The notes below the pieces were generated by a model. The model did no database searches and was not told the DNA's origin. It saw only the letters and a list, made by a program, of their open reading frames with translations. DNA of 64,000 nt from Alphaproteobacteria bacterium (GTDB lineage: Bacteria > Pseudomonadota > Alphaproteobacteria > JANQMY01), in the NCBI GenBank assembly GCA_028289425.1, contig JANQPL010000009.1, positions 324,961 through 388,960 on the forward strand. Direction: 5' to 3'. The translations under genes were made by a program, and so were the position numbers. Positions 39,386 to 49,974 of this stretch are shown here, in pieces (the first letter of the stretch is position 1; every line of letters begins with the position of its first letter).

Positions 39386-39991
39386 ATGACGGAGACACTG
39401 GCCCTCGCGGTCCCCAAAACGGCAAAAGAACGCGGCAAGATCGCGCCAGTGAAATTCGCGCATATCGTTTACAAGACCGGCCGATTTGATGAGATGGTCC
39501 AGTGGTACCGGACAGTTCTGGAAGCTGAAGTGGTGATGGGGTCACCGATGGTGACGTTCCTGGCCTACGACGATGAGCACCACCGGATTGCCATCATCAA
39601 TATGCCTGATGCATCGGACAAACCTGGGAACGCCGCCGGTATGGACCATTGCGCATTCACATACGAGTCGATAGGTGATCTATTCGCGACTTACGAAAGA
39701 CTGGCGGGCTCCGGCATCAAACCTTATTGGTGCATCAATCACGGTCCCACATTGTCGATGTATTATCAGGATCCGGACAAAAACCAGGTAGAACTCCAAA
39801 TCGATGTCTTCGACAGCAATGAAGCGGTGAACGCTTGGTTTAAAGACAGCGACTTTGACACCAATCCAGTCGGCGTTAGGTTTGATCCGGATGATTTGCT
39901 GACGCGCTTTAAGTCGGGGGAAGCTCGCGAGTCGCTTCTCAAACGTCCACGCATTGACCCCAGTGAGTTGCACGCTCAGTTTCCGGGGTAG
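39386..39991 (+). CDS. VOC-family (glyoxalase / extradiol dioxygenase-like) protein
   Basis: Two VOC beta-alpha-beta-beta-beta modules (FAHIVYKT ... MDHCAFTYES). Confidence 0.6.
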   Translation: MTETLALAVPKTAKERGKIAPVKFAHIVYKTGRFDEMVQWYRTVLEAEVVMGSPMVTFLAYDDEHHRIAIINMPDASDKPGNAAGMDHCAFTYESIGDLFATYERLAGSGIKPYWCINHGPTLSMYYQDPDKNQVELQIDVFDSNEAVNAWFKDSDFDTNPVGVRFDPDDLLTRFKSGEARESLLKRPRIDPSELHAQFPG

Positions 39992-40053
39992 AGCATCTCT
40001 CTCGTCACGATCTTGATTACGGGAGACGCAAAGAAGCACACCCAATTATAGAT

Positions 40054-40158
40054 GTCATCCTCGCGAAAGCGAGGATCCAGTAAAGGTAGTTCTTCCAATT
40101 GAAACACTTTCGATACTGGATCCTCGATCACGCGCCATTCGGCGCTGTCGAGGATGAC
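40054..40158. repeat. two inverted copies of a hairpin element (GTCATCCTCG-loop-CGAGGATCCAG)
   Basis: 40054-40080 and 40116-40158 are reverse complements of each other at both arms but have different loops. Confidence 0.5.
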
Positions 40159-40174
40159 AGTTATCGTTCTATGA

Positions 40175-40807
40175 TCAGTTCGGCATCATGGGCCGGTCAT
40201 CTTTGGTACGCGCGCGTCCGAAGGACGGCCGGGCATAGCACTTGTCGATCCATGCGCTCACATGCGGGAACGCCGATATGTCGACCTCGACCGCCTGCAG
40301 GATCTGCATCACGCCCGCCACATTGAGATCGGCAATCGTGAAATCATCCCCAATCAGATAGGCCTGCTTCGCCAAATGATCGTCCAGCACCTTGAGCGGA
40401 CGTTGGAGTCCTTCGGTGGCTTTCTCAATCACACTCGGGTCGCGCTTGTCTTTCGGGGTGAAGAATTTCTGGACCACGATCTGCATTTGCAGCGGCTCGA
40501 TCTCGCTGATGGCCCACACGCTCCATTGCTGGGCGCGGGCTTGGTCGGCCGGATCGGCGGGAAACAATTCGCCGCCATAGGTCTTGGCCGCGTATAGATT
40601 GATGGCCATGGACTCGAACAAGGTAAGATCGCCGTCAACCAAGCACGGGATCCGTCCATTGGGGTTGATCGCAAGGTATTCCGGCGCCTTGGATTCCTCG
40701 ACGAAATGGGTCGGCACATGTTCGTAGTCGACGCCGGTTTCTTCCATTGCCCAGACCGACCGAAATGCCCGCGATCCGCAAATGCCGTAGAGAGTTGGAC
40801 GCGCCAC
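40175..40807 (-). CDS. glutathione S-transferase
   Basis: GST N- and C-terminal domains are present. Confidence 0.75.
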   Translation of the reverse strand: MARPTLYGICGSRAFRSVWAMEETGVDYEHVPTHFVEESKAPEYLAINPNGRIPCLVDGDLTLFESMAINLYAAKTYGGELFPADPADQARAQQWSVWAISEIEPLQMQIVVQKFFTPKDKRDPSVIEKATEGLQRPLKVLDDHLAKQAYLIGDDFTIADLNVAGVMQILQAVEVDISAFPHVSAWIDKCYARPSFGRARTKDDRPMMPN

Positions 40808-40877
40808 CTGTTTCCTCCTGAGTTATGTCCTCGTTGAGGCCGGACAATAATGCGCGTCTTGCGGAACTGCAATGCGG

Positions 40878-41642
40878 TCAGTGATTCCACCAGGGCCGGT
40901 CGGAGAACGCTCTCAAATCAAGTTCGTGGGTCCATGCCGAGCGATGCTGTTGCGATAGGTGATAATAGGTCTCGGCCATTTTGCTGGGCAACAACAAGCC
41001 ATCATGCTCCATGCCGCGCGTTTCCCGAAGCTTTTGGTAGCTTTCCTCGCCTAACAATTTGCCCAGAGTGTCGGGGGCGTCGACTGCCCCGTCCACGAGA
41101 ATGTGGGCGATGTGCACGCCCTTTGGCGAGAACTCTGCATTGAGCGTTTGACACAGCATGCGGCGTCCGCCCATGGCCGCCGCGTGAGAGTGTTGACCCG
41201 CATTACCCCGCACGGCCGCCGTGGCCGACGTCACCAAAAACGTGCCATGACCGCGTTCTTCCATCCGGGGGCATACGGACTTTGCTATGCGAAACAAAGC
41301 GAAGTTCGCCATGCGCCAGCCTAGCTCGAACTGTTTGTATGTCGTGTCCGCAAGGGGGCGGTCGCCGATCTGAGCCCCAAGATTGAAAAGCACCACCTCG
41401 ATCGGGCCGATTTCGGATTCGACCGCGGCCACCCGATCTTCGATGGTGTTCTCTTCCACCGCGTTCAACAGATATCCGGAGGCATCACCGCCATCGGCTT
41501 TGATGTCGCCGACCAGCTTGTCCAAACCATCTTGGTCGCTCCGGCGGCAGAGCACCGAATGATAGCCTTCAGCCGCGAATTTTTTGCCAACCGTGCCGCC
41601 AATGCCGGCACCCGCACCCATTACGAAGCAAACTGGTTTCAT
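40878..41642 (-). CDS. SDR family oxidoreductase
   Basis: GAGAGIG Rossmann motif and a YxxxK region. Confidence 0.75.
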   Translation of the reverse strand: MKPVCFVMGAGAGIGGTVGKKFAAEGYHSVLCRRSDQDGLDKLVGDIKADGGDASGYLLNAVEENTIEDRVAAVESEIGPIEVVLFNLGAQIGDRPLADTTYKQFELGWRMANFALFRIAKSVCPRMEERGHGTFLVTSATAAVRGNAGQHSHAAAMGGRRMLCQTLNAEFSPKGVHIAHILVDGAVDAPDTLGKLLGEESYQKLRETRGMEHDGLLLPSKMAETYYHLSQQHRSAWTHELDLRAFSDRPWWNH

Positions 41643-41846
41643 TTGATGCGCCTCCTCGATGTGGAGAGACCGCGGGGGAAGCGATCTCCGGGATTAGTCC
41701 GTCTTAAAAATGAACTTAATCATATCTACGTGGGCTTGGCTACCGGTGGATTCAAGAAGTATGTCCCATCTTGTCCCCTTAATCCGACCACAAAAAAGCC
41801 CCGCTCCCAAGAGCGGGGCTGATTGAATCGATTTTTTTTCGGAGAA

Positions 41847-43592
41847 TTAGCCGCGAATAACGCGGCCTGGGCGTGCGCCCGTATCCTGATCGTTCTCGCG
41901 AGTCTTTGCGCCCGCCACGAACGTATTCAGATAGCCTTCCGCCGGTTGGAGAATGCGGGCACCACCGGCCGGCAGGTCGTTAGCCACTTTCAGTTCGCCC
42001 AAATTCAAGCGATCAAGGTCAAACACATTTAGGTCGGCCTTTTTGCCCACTTCGATGCTGCCCCGATCGGTGAGGCCAAACAGATCCGCGTTTGACTTGG
42101 TTTGCTTCGCCACGATCAGTTCAATGGGCAGCCGCTCGCCCCGCGTGCGATCGCGCACCCAGTGAGTTAGCTGATAGGTGGGCGCCACCGCATCGAAGAT
42201 CAAATTCACATGGGCGCCCGCATCGCTGAGCCCGATGGTGGTTTGCGGATGGGTCAGCATTTCATGGATGACGTTGAAGTTGCCGTCGATAAAGTTCGCC
42301 CCCAGAAGAATGGCAAACCGCTCGCCGTCGCCGCTCACCAGGAAGTCGTACATGTAGTCATGCACGTCTTGACCGGCTTGGGCCGCCAGCGCCTCAATGT
42401 TATGCGATGCTTCAGGCTCATAATTGATCGGCATGTCAATGGGGAACATGGCGGGTGCCGCCATTCCCAGCAGACCAAACACATTCGCCATGGTCCCCGG
42501 CTGATCCGGCATAATGTCCTTGTCGGACATGATGGCAGCCTTCACTTCCGGCTTGCGCATTTCGGCAAGCATTTGGTCGAAGGGCAGCTTTGCCAATTTG
42601 AGATACGTCTCGCGCCGTTGGAACATGTGGTAAGACTTGAGGCTGGTGACGAAACCAATGGGCCGCGATGCCACTTGCGGCCGCATGAAGACGCCTTCGC
42701 GGTTTGCCTTTTCAACCAACTCCATACAATTGCGCCATTGATCAGGGCGATCGCCGTTTTGCGCCAGCGTGAAGGTGACGTTCCGGCCACTTTCTTTGCC
42801 GACGGCCGCGAATAGCTCGACTTCCTGTTCCGTTGTGTATTTTTCGGGCCCGGCGATATCGCCCACGACACCGGCAGGAACGGCTTGGAAGACGCCTTTG
42901 CCTGCCTTCTTCATGGCGCGGCCGATTGCCAGCAATTCGTCCCGTTCCGCATAGGTGCCGGGGATCGGTTCCCCAAGAACCGACCGGTGTCCGATCGTGC
43001 GGGACGTGGAAAACCCAAGGGCGCCTGCTTCCAGCCCTTCGCTCACGATTTTGCAAATAGCATCGAGATCTTCTGCCGTTGCATCTTCATGTTTGAGCGC
43101 CCGTTCCCCCATGACGTAGTTGCGCACGGCGCTGTGCGGGATTTGCGTGCCCACATCCATGGAAAACTGCCGGGTGCCCAGATAATCGATGTATTCCGGG
43201 AAGGTCTCCCAATTGCCCCATTCGATCCCTTCATAAAGGGCCGTACCCGGAATATCTTCCACGCCTTCCATAAGCTCGATCATGCGTTGTTCGCCCCCAG
43301 GCGGACACGGTGCGAAACCAACGCCGCAATTTCCCATAACAATACTGGTCACGCCATGGCTGAAGGACGGATCAAGCGTGTCGTCCCAACTGACCTGACC
43401 GTCGAAATGGGTATGCACGTCCACCCAGCCGGGCGATACATACGCGCCGTCGGCATCGATGGTTTCCTTGGCCGCTTCATCAATCTTTCCGACCGCGGAA
43501 ATTTTCCCGTCTTGTATGGCGACATCGCCGACAAAAGGTTTTTTGCCGGTGCCGTCTACAATGCGGGCACCCTTAATGATGTAGTCGTGCAT
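41847..43592 (-). CDS. N-acyl-D-amino-acid deacylase (D-aminoacylase) family amidohydrolase
   Basis: [16 protein letters not shown] ... [13 protein letters not shown] is typical of D-aminoacylases. Confidence 0.7.
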   Translation of the reverse strand: MHDYIIKGARIVDGTGKKPFVGDVAIQDGKISAVGKIDEAAKETIDADGAYVSPGWVDVHTHFDGQVSWDDTLDPSFSHGVTSIVMGNCGVGFAPCPPGGEQRMIELMEGVEDIPGTALYEGIEWGNWETFPEYIDYLGTRQFSMDVGTQIPHSAVRNYVMGERALKHEDATAEDLDAICKIVSEGLEAGALGFSTSRTIGHRSVLGEPIPGTYAERDELLAIGRAMKKAGKGVFQAVPAGVVGDIAGPEKYTTEQEVELFAAVGKESGRNVTFTLAQNGDRPDQWRNCMELVEKANREGVFMRPQVASRPIGFVTSLKSYHMFQRRETYLKLAKLPFDQMLAEMRKPEVKAAIMSDKDIMPDQPGTMANVFGLLGMAAPAMFPIDMPINYEPEASHNIEALAAQAGQDVHDYMYDFLVSGDGERFAILLGANFIDGNFNVIHEMLTHPQTTIGLSDAGAHVNLIFDAVAPTYQLTHWVRDRTRGERLPIELIVAKQTKSNADLFGLTDRGSIEVGKKADLNVFDLDRLNLGELKVANDLPAGGARILQPAEGYLNTFVAGAKTRENDQDTGARPGRVIRG

Positions 43593-43627
43593 TGTGATCC
43601 TCGACTTTTTTTGTTTTCTTGGTTCGG

Positions 43628-44245
43628 TCAGCTTCCCGGCGTGTTGCGCACATAGGGGTTTCCGCGTTCGGCGGTCATCTCCATCTTGATGCCGTTCACC
43701 TTCCACCCTTTGCTGGTGCGCACAAAGGCATGGGTGTAATTGCCCCATACCTCCCAGAATGCATCATTGCCGTTTTCCGGCTCGGCGCCCGCAAGCAGCC
43801 GGTTCCAGGCATAGCCATGGGAAAGCATCACGGCTTCGGTCTCGCTGAAGAACGTCACCCGATGATTGCTGCGCATATGAAAGCTGGTTTTGTTTTCAGT
43901 AAGGTTCGACGCCCAACCATTGACCAGTTGTTGAGAGGTCATGGGACCTGGCGCGCTGCCGTCCAACGAATTGAAATCTGCGATGATGTTGGCTTCAAAA
44001 AAGCTGCGCGCCGCGCGCCAATCTTTGGCGTCAACGGCCGAATCGATTGCGTCCGCTATGCGGATCATTTCGGCGATATCGCGCTGGTTCTGTTCGGTGA
44101 TGGTATCGCCACCGATACTTGGTTCGGGCGCCGGCGCAGGCTGTGCATCTTGGGCCAAGCCCGCAGTGGCAAAAGAAAGTGCAAAACCGGCGAGAATAGC
44201 GAGGGGAGCAAGGGGAGATTTCACGAGACTGGTCCTTTTGTACAT
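43628..44245 (-). CDS. secreted NTF2-like (SnoaL/DUF4440-like) protein
   Basis: A signal peptide precedes an NTF2-fold-like sequence. Confidence 0.4.
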   Translation of the reverse strand: MYKRTSLVKSPLAPLAILAGFALSFATAGLAQDAQPAPAPEPSIGGDTITEQNQRDIAEMIRIADAIDSAVDAKDWRAARSFFEANIIADFNSLDGSAPGPMTSQQLVNGWASNLTENKTSFHMRSNHRVTFFSETEAVMLSHGYAWNRLLAGAEPENGNDAFWEVWGNYTHAFVRTSKGWKVNGIKMEMTAERGNPYVRNTPGS

Positions 44246-44417
44246 GACACAACACAAAGGCCGCGCCCGACGGAATGGTCGCCGAGACCCGGAAACACTA
44301 AACGAGTGTTTAGGTCGCGGTGCTTCGGGTTTCAAGCAATATCGGGCTACAAAGAGCCGAATCACCATAATCGCCAAATAAACACAAAGTAACAACGCTC
44401 TTCGGCGCGCGTTTTAC

Positions 44418-45587
44418 TTATTCGCGATTGCGGACGCCTGGTCGGCCCGCAAGCAGCCCGCCCCCGAAAACCACGCCTAAGACGATAACAAGGGCGGCGG
44501 CCATAAACATAACGGGGTAACTGCCCGCCTCGATGGCGAAGCCCAACGCCGGCGCCGCCAGCAGGGCGGCCCCATCGTCCAGCGCATTGAAAATGGAGAT
44601 GGCCGAGCCGCGGTCCGCGTCATTCGCCCGCTCGGTCACCAGCGCCAACAGCACCGGATAGCCAAACCCGTGACCCACGCCACAGACAAGGGCCGCTAGG
44701 ACAAAGAGCGGAACGGCCGATGTTACCGACACCAGCAGAAGACCTGCGGCATAGGCCAGCAATGAAGCAATTGCGACCCTCTGATGCCCAAGCCGGTCGG
44801 GCAGCCCGCCGGCAAAGAGGCGTAAGACAATCGCGGTCACCGTATACACGGTAAAGAACAGTCCGATCGATCCGATGCCGGTGATGCCGACCCACGTCTT
44901 GAGAAACACGAAGACGCTGATCATGGAAAAGAAGAAGGCCCCGGCCAACAGCCACACACCGACCAAGGATGGCCGGATCAAGGTTTGCAGCCACCCTTGC
45001 GCACTGCTCCCGTCTTCTTCGGCACCGGCGGGCTTTTTCCCGTCGAGCCAAAAGACCATCAGCATACCAACAATCGACAGAACCATGCTGGTAAGAAAGA
45101 TGCCCTGATAGCCCCCCAACTCAATTGCCCCGTTGCCGACCGCGGCGCCTAAGCCCACGGCCCCCATGGCGGAAATGCCGAACAAGGCAAAGCCTTGGCT
45201 TCGATTGCGTTCCGGAATCACATCCGAGGCGTAAGTAAAGAACGCAACGTTGAGAACGGTCTCGATGGCGCCATGAAGGATGCGCAACGCGAATACGGAC
45301 AAAAGAGACGATGCCACCAAGAAGCCCGCGCACAAAATCACATTGAGCAGGGAGCCAATGACCAGCACTTGCCGCCGGCCGCGCTGGTCAAGCCAGCGCC
45401 CGACAAACGGGGCAATCGCAATCGAGGCAAACTCTGTCAAAGCGACAAGCCAGCCGATGGTCTGTTCGCCTGCGCCAAGCGCCTTCAGGTGCCCCGGGAA
45501 ATGCAGGAACAGATAGAACGACGTCATCTGCGCCAGATTGGCCAGGAAACACAGCACAAAGGGGCGTGAGCGAAAGATCTCTAGCAT
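44418..45587 (-). CDS. MFS transporter
   Basis: 12 predicted transmembrane segments. Confidence 0.75.
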   Translation of the reverse strand: MLEIFRSRPFVLCFLANLAQMTSFYLFLHFPGHLKALGAGEQTIGWLVALTEFASIAIAPFVGRWLDQRGRRQVLVIGSLLNVILCAGFLVASSLLSVFALRILHGAIETVLNVAFFTYASDVIPERNRSQGFALFGISAMGAVGLGAAVGNGAIELGGYQGIFLTSMVLSIVGMLMVFWLDGKKPAGAEEDGSSAQGWLQTLIRPSLVGVWLLAGAFFFSMISVFVFLKTWVGITGIGSIGLFFTVYTVTAIVLRLFAGGLPDRLGHQRVAIASLLAYAAGLLLVSVTSAVPLFVLAALVCGVGHGFGYPVLLALVTERANDADRGSAISIFNALDDGAALLAAPALGFAIEAGSYPVMFMAAALVIVLGVVFGGGLLAGRPGVRNRE

Positions 45588-45694
45588 CGCCCCGCGCTTC
45601 GGCCTCTAGACGCCAGGGTGCATCCCTTGCAATTTTGAGATTCTTTTGGCACTCTATATGTCAATATATTCGATCGAGAATCAAAAGGCATCAT

Positions 45695-46918
45695 ATGGCC
45701 ATTGCGGAAACCGACGAATTGGGTTTTGAGGCGCCTGCCCCCGTAGGACACCCGGGACGGGCCGGCCTGCCGGCTAGCGCGTCAACCGGCCCAGAGATTG
45801 GCGAGCGCCTACCGGACTTCGCGCTGCCTGACGCCTTCGGCAACACGGTGCGTTTTCATGAGCACCGGGGGGCGTCGAAATCTGCCGTCGTCTTCTATCG
45901 TTCCGCGGTTTGGTGACCGCCCTGCATGACGCAGCTGGTCGAGCTGCAAGAGGGTTACAACAAGTTTCAGGAACAGGGCATCAAGCTCTACGCCATTTCT
46001 TATGACGATCAAGAGGTCCTGCGGGATTTCGCGCAGAGCTACGGCATTGAGTATCCCCTGCTGTCGGACATGGACTCGGCGGTCATCAAACAATTCGGCA
46101 TACTGAATACTCAAATCCAGCCGGGCGATGCGGTGCTGTACGGCATTCCCTATCCCGGCACCTACATCACCGATGAAGACGGTGTGGTGATCCAAAAGTT
46201 TTTCCACGACACTTATAAACGGCGCGAAGGACCGGAATTGCTGATCGATGCCGCCCTTGGCCGTGTCGTTCTGGATGACAGCGCCCCGGCAGCCTCCGAA
46301 ACAGACGACGAAGGCATCAAGGTCTCGGCCACCTTGCACGGCGGAGCGATCAAGCAGGGGGCACAGCGGGAAATCATCGTGCGCTTTGAACTGCCGGAGG
46401 GCCTGCACATTTATGGACAACCGGTGCCTGACGGCATGATCCCAACGACAGTAACCGTCAGCGGGCCCGAAGGCTTGGCCGTTGAAGAAACAATCTTTCC
46501 GCCTACAGAACAATTACGACTGGAGAGTTTGGATTTGGATTTGCCCGTTTGGTCGGGCCAAGTGGACATTCGCGTACCCATCTACGCCCTGTCCGCGCTG
46601 CAATCCGAGTGCCGGCCTCTAGATCAAGATGAGATCGATATCGAGGTGGCCGTTCGCTACCAGGCCTGCGATGACAATGTGTGCCTGCTGCCCAAATCGG
46701 AGAGCTTCACCATCACAGCACCTCTGGAGACCATTCACGTTCAGTCTATCGACTTGCATATGGGCCACGGCCAGAAAGAGGCCACTTTTGACGGCACGCC
46801 CCATTTGCGGCGCCTGCTCATCCGCAAGATCCGCCAGAGCCCACTCGGCTTTGTCCGTTATATATTTAAGGAAATGGGCCTGCGCCGCGCCGCCAGAAAG
46901 CGGGCTGTCTCGGACTAG
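45695..46918 (+). CDS. candidate selenoprotein: thioredoxin-fold redoxin (W-U-P-P-C) fused to a DsbD-alpha/DsbC-like domain, with in-frame TGA at 45914-45916
   Basis: ORFs 45566-45916 and 45926-46918 share one frame and are separated only by a TGA that sits exactly where the first Cys of a WCxxC motif is expected (VVFYRSAVW-U-PPCMTQ). A GCAGCUGGUCGAGCUGC hairpin starts 14 nt downstream. The C-terminal domain ends with a YQACDDNVC motif. Confidence 0.55.
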
Positions 46919-47217
46919 TCAAGCTCCGGCAGGACCGGAAAAGTCTTGCCCTCCTTCTTGGCGCGAATGGCACGCACCAAAACGCGCCAATCCACCTGCA
47001 GCGCACCCGCATGGATGGCCTCTAGGTGCGCGCGCTCATTCAAGTCGAAATGCTCGCGATGCGTGCCGGATTTTTGAAGCCATTTGCGCTTGATCCCCAG
47101 CGCCTCGGCAAAGGTGATCAATTCTTCCGTACCCTCCTTGCCCGGCAGGGTGCTGATCAGGTGGGACGACGGCCCATGATGCCACCCCCAATCACGCAGC
47201 TGGTCCACAATGATCAA
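46915..47217 (-). CDS. DUF4031-like small protein
   Basis: 100 aa. My recollection of the family is weak. Confidence 0.4.
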   Translation of the reverse strand: MIIVDQLRDWGWHHGPSSHLISTLPGKEGTEELITFAEALGIKRKWLQKSGTHREHFDLNERAHLEAIHAGALQVDWRVLVRAIRAKKEGKTFPVLPELD

Positions 47218-47303
47218 ACGTCTATATCCCTATCCAATCGGGCTGGTTTACGGGTCGCGCGCCCGCGCATAAGTTTCGCCCAAAGACACATGAGGAAGGT
47301 ATC

Positions 47304-48320
47304 ATGACAGGTATGACCAATCGCCCAACCAACCGCAAGATTGTGCTGGTGGAGCACGTTAAAGGGCAAGTGAAGCCAGAGCATTTTCGCCTGGAGGAAG
47401 AAGAGGCCCGCGCGCCCGATGAAGGGGAGATCCTGGTGGGCGTCGACACCATCTCCATTGATGCCTTTATTCGAACCTCGTTGAACGATTGGGAAGGTTT
47501 GCACACCCAAACACCCATCGGCGGCGTGGTCGGCACACTCAATGTGGGGCGTGTTGTCGAAAGCAATGCGGCCGGGTTTGACGTGGGCGATGCCGTGACC
47601 GGCGGTCTGGGATCGCAAACCTACGCGACGGTACCTGCCAACACGGTTCAGAAGATTGACGACAGCCTGCCCCTGTCGACCTATTTGGGTGCGTTGGGAC
47701 TTACCACGGGTCTTACGGCGTATTTCGGCATGCGTCATGTGGGGCAAGCGAAAGCCGGAGAAACCGTGTTGGTCTCCGGCGCTGCCGGCGCGGTCGGCTC
47801 GGTTGCCGGCCAAATCGCAAAGCTCGATGGTGCCAAGGTGATCGGGATTGCCGGCGGATCGGCGAAGTGCAAGTTTCTAACCGAGACTCTCGGTTTCGAC
47901 GGCGCGATCGACTATAAGGCCGGCGATGTGGACCCTCAGCTTAAGAAACTCGCACCCGACGGTATTGATGTGTTCTTCGACAATGTGGGCGGCGACATAT
48001 TGGACGTGGCCCTCGACAATATTCGCGAGCGCGGCCGGGTCGCCATCTGCGGTGCAATTTCTCAGTATGATGATCACTTGAACGTGCAAGGTCCAAGCTT
48101 GTATTTGCGGCTCGCAGAACGCTATGCCCGTATGGAAGGCTTCACCGTGATGCACTTCATGGACAAATACCCGGAAGCCTATGCGCAGCTCACCGAGTGG
48201 CTGAAAGACGGCAAACTCAAAGTAGTGGAGCACGTGGAAGAAGGCATCGAGTCATTTCCGGCGGCGCTGCAAAAGCTCTTCACGGGCGGCCATATGGGCA
48301 AGATGCTGGTGAAGGTTTAG
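47304..48320 (+). CDS. NADP-dependent oxidoreductase (MDR superfamily, prostaglandin-reductase/YncB-like)
   Basis: GAAGAVGSVAGQIAKLDGAKVIGIAG Rossmann motif. Confidence 0.75.
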   Translation: MTGMTNRPTNRKIVLVEHVKGQVKPEHFRLEEEEARAPDEGEILVGVDTISIDAFIRTSLNDWEGLHTQTPIGGVVGTLNVGRVVESNAAGFDVGDAVTGGLGSQTYATVPANTVQKIDDSLPLSTYLGALGLTTGLTAYFGMRHVGQAKAGETVLVSGAAGAVGSVAGQIAKLDGAKVIGIAGGSAKCKFLTETLGFDGAIDYKAGDVDPQLKKLAPDGIDVFFDNVGGDILDVALDNIRERGRVAICGAISQYDDHLNVQGPSLYLRLAERYARMEGFTVMHFMDKYPEAYAQLTEWLKDGKLKVVEHVEEGIESFPAALQKLFTGGHMGKMLVKV

Positions 48321-48412
48321 ACGATTTTCCACTCCATGAATGCGTCATCCCAGGACGAGCGAATGCGAGTTCCTGTGACCAGAGCGATTCTTGCTCCACT
48401 TGCTGCCCTGGA

Positions 48413-48433
48413 TGCCAGGAACAAGTCCTGGCA
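48413..48433. terminator. 8-bp-stem hairpin TGCCAGGA-ACAAG-TCCTGGCA between convergent genes
   Basis: A perfect inverted repeat between the 3' ends of the oxidoreductase and aox genes. Confidence 0.4.
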
Positions 48434-48466
48434 TGACGCAGAGTATTTGACAACGCCGTCGACTAC

Positions 48467-49147
48467 TCATTCCGCTGGGATACCCAACGAAACGTTCCTG
48501 TTTTCGCGGTTCCCCACCAGCGCAGATGCAAAACGGTGGTTCTTGTCGCGATGCCCTTCTTCATCGGCGCGCACCTGGATCACCACATCCCGCAGAGTAG
48601 CCGTTGCCGGCATGTGCCAGTATTTCAGTGCAATGTCCGGCGCCGGTACATTTTCCAGACGACCCGCATCGATCTCTTCCAGATAGCGCGTGTAACTGAC
48701 AACCGCTTCTTCTTCCAAATAACCAACAAAACGATGCGCCGTTTTCGGGAAGAACAAATAGAAGAAGAAATAGAAATTATAGAAGATTGCCTGGGCGAAC
48801 ATGATCAGCATACGTTCGAACATGTTCGGTTTGGCGATTTGGACAAACGTCATCAGATGCATGCGCTCGTTTTCCGCTTCATCGAGCAGTTCGCGGATCC
48901 ATCCCTGATCGTCGCGGATGTGGCGGAGCGCCTTGAGGTGCTGCAGCAGCCCACCCACCATGCCGGGCACCGCGGCAACGGTTTCCAACACCACCGCCCG
49001 GTGGCCATACCGTTTCTGGAAGAACAGATCCGCAAATATCCGCAAAAATTTAACGAGGCCCAGCGCAAGCCGGTCGCTCACGGATTGAACCGCGAAATGG
49101 GTGCCTGTGGCGACACCAGACCTGGGGGAAGACACATGCTCTGTCAT
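48467..49147 (-). CDS. aox: alternative oxidase (cyanide-insensitive ubiquinol oxidase)
   Basis: Di-iron ligand motifs [20 protein letters not shown] and RADEEGHRD are present. Confidence 0.8.
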   Translation of the reverse strand: MTEHVSSPRSGVATGTHFAVQSVSDRLALGLVKFLRIFADLFFQKRYGHRAVVLETVAAVPGMVGGLLQHLKALRHIRDDQGWIRELLDEAENERMHLMTFVQIAKPNMFERMLIMFAQAIFYNFYFFFYLFFPKTAHRFVGYLEEEAVVSYTRYLEEIDAGRLENVPAPDIALKYWHMPATATLRDVVIQVRADEEGHRDKNHRFASALVGNRENRNVSLGIPAE

Positions 49148-49352
49148 TATTGCCTCCGCATGAAGCCAAGACGGGCGAAACGAGCCCACCTGTTAATTCT
49201 TAGGTAGAGCGCACTTGGTCGAAAACAATGTGACCAAAGGGCCCAAAGCCGTTCATTGGATTATCCAATGAGGTTTGTGTTTCTTGCCGATTAGCGCCTG
49301 CAAAACCGGCACCACGCTCCGCCCGAAAGGGACTGTTTAGGACGAAACCTAT

Positions 49353-49375
49353 AAGATGTATTCAACATACATCTA
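49353..49375. promoter_or_regulatory. candidate NsrR operator (AAGATGTATTC-A-ACATACATCTA) in the aox/nsrR divergent region
   Basis: An 11-1-11 inverted repeat closely resembles the enterobacterial NsrR consensus AAGATGCATTT-N-AAATGCATCTT. Additional half-sites occur at 49409-49419 and 49894-49904. Confidence 0.45.
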
Positions 49376-49444
49376 TATAGCGGCGCCCTTGATTTAAATC
49401 AATATGTGAAATACATCTTTTATGGAATTCTTGGAGGCATGACG

Positions 49445-49882
49445 ATGCGATTTACCCGCTATACGGATTATGCCCTTCGCGTCTTGATGTATTTGGGCCT
49501 CAAAGGCGAAGAGCTTTCCACGATCAAAGAGATTGCCGAGAGATACGGCATCTCCGAAAACCATTTGATGAAGGTGGTGCACAATTTGGGGCGCGAAGGC
49601 TTTATTGAAACCATTCGCGGGCGGCAAGGCGGCATGCGCTTGGCTCGTCCGCCGAAAGATATCAATGTCGGTGACGTGGTCCGCAAATGTGAAGACGATT
49701 TGCGCCTCGTGGAATGCTTCGATCCGGTCACCAACACCTGCCCGATTTCTGATGTCTGCGGCCTTGCGGGCATGATTGATGAAGCGCTGGCGGCGTTCAT
49801 GAAGGTGCTGGATAAGAAAACGTTGGCCGACATTCTAAAGACCAGCCCAGGAATGGCACCGATTTTGAAGCTTGCCGGATGA
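49445..49882 (+). CDS. nsrR: Rrf2 family transcriptional regulator, NsrR-like
   Basis: Rrf2 HTH (TRYTDYALRVLMYL) plus three C-terminal Cys (CxxxxxxCxxxxxC) for an Fe-S cluster. Confidence 0.75.
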   Translation: MRFTRYTDYALRVLMYLGLKGEELSTIKEIAERYGISENHLMKVVHNLGREGFIETIRGRQGGMRLARPPKDINVGDVVRKCEDDLRLVECFDPVTNTCPISDVCGLAGMIDEALAAFMKVLDKKTLADILKTSPGMAPILKLAG

Positions 49883-49974
49883 AATTCATTTAAAAGATGT
49901 ATTTTTGATATTGATTATCAAAGCGCTCTTTGCTATATAAACATGTATAGAAAATACACTTTTGAGTGAGCGAG

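Noticed and set aside
45566-45694. N-terminal extension (MSERSLASPR...) of the selenoprotein candidate, starting at 45566
   Set aside because: It overlaps the MFS transporter gene end and is Arg/Ser-rich with low complexity. The ATG at 45695, preceded by an AAAAGG RBS, is a more plausible start.
47214-47813. 199-aa minus-strand ORF overlapping the NADP-dependent oxidoreductase
   Set aside because: It is antisense to a well-supported Rossmann-fold CDS and has no motifs.
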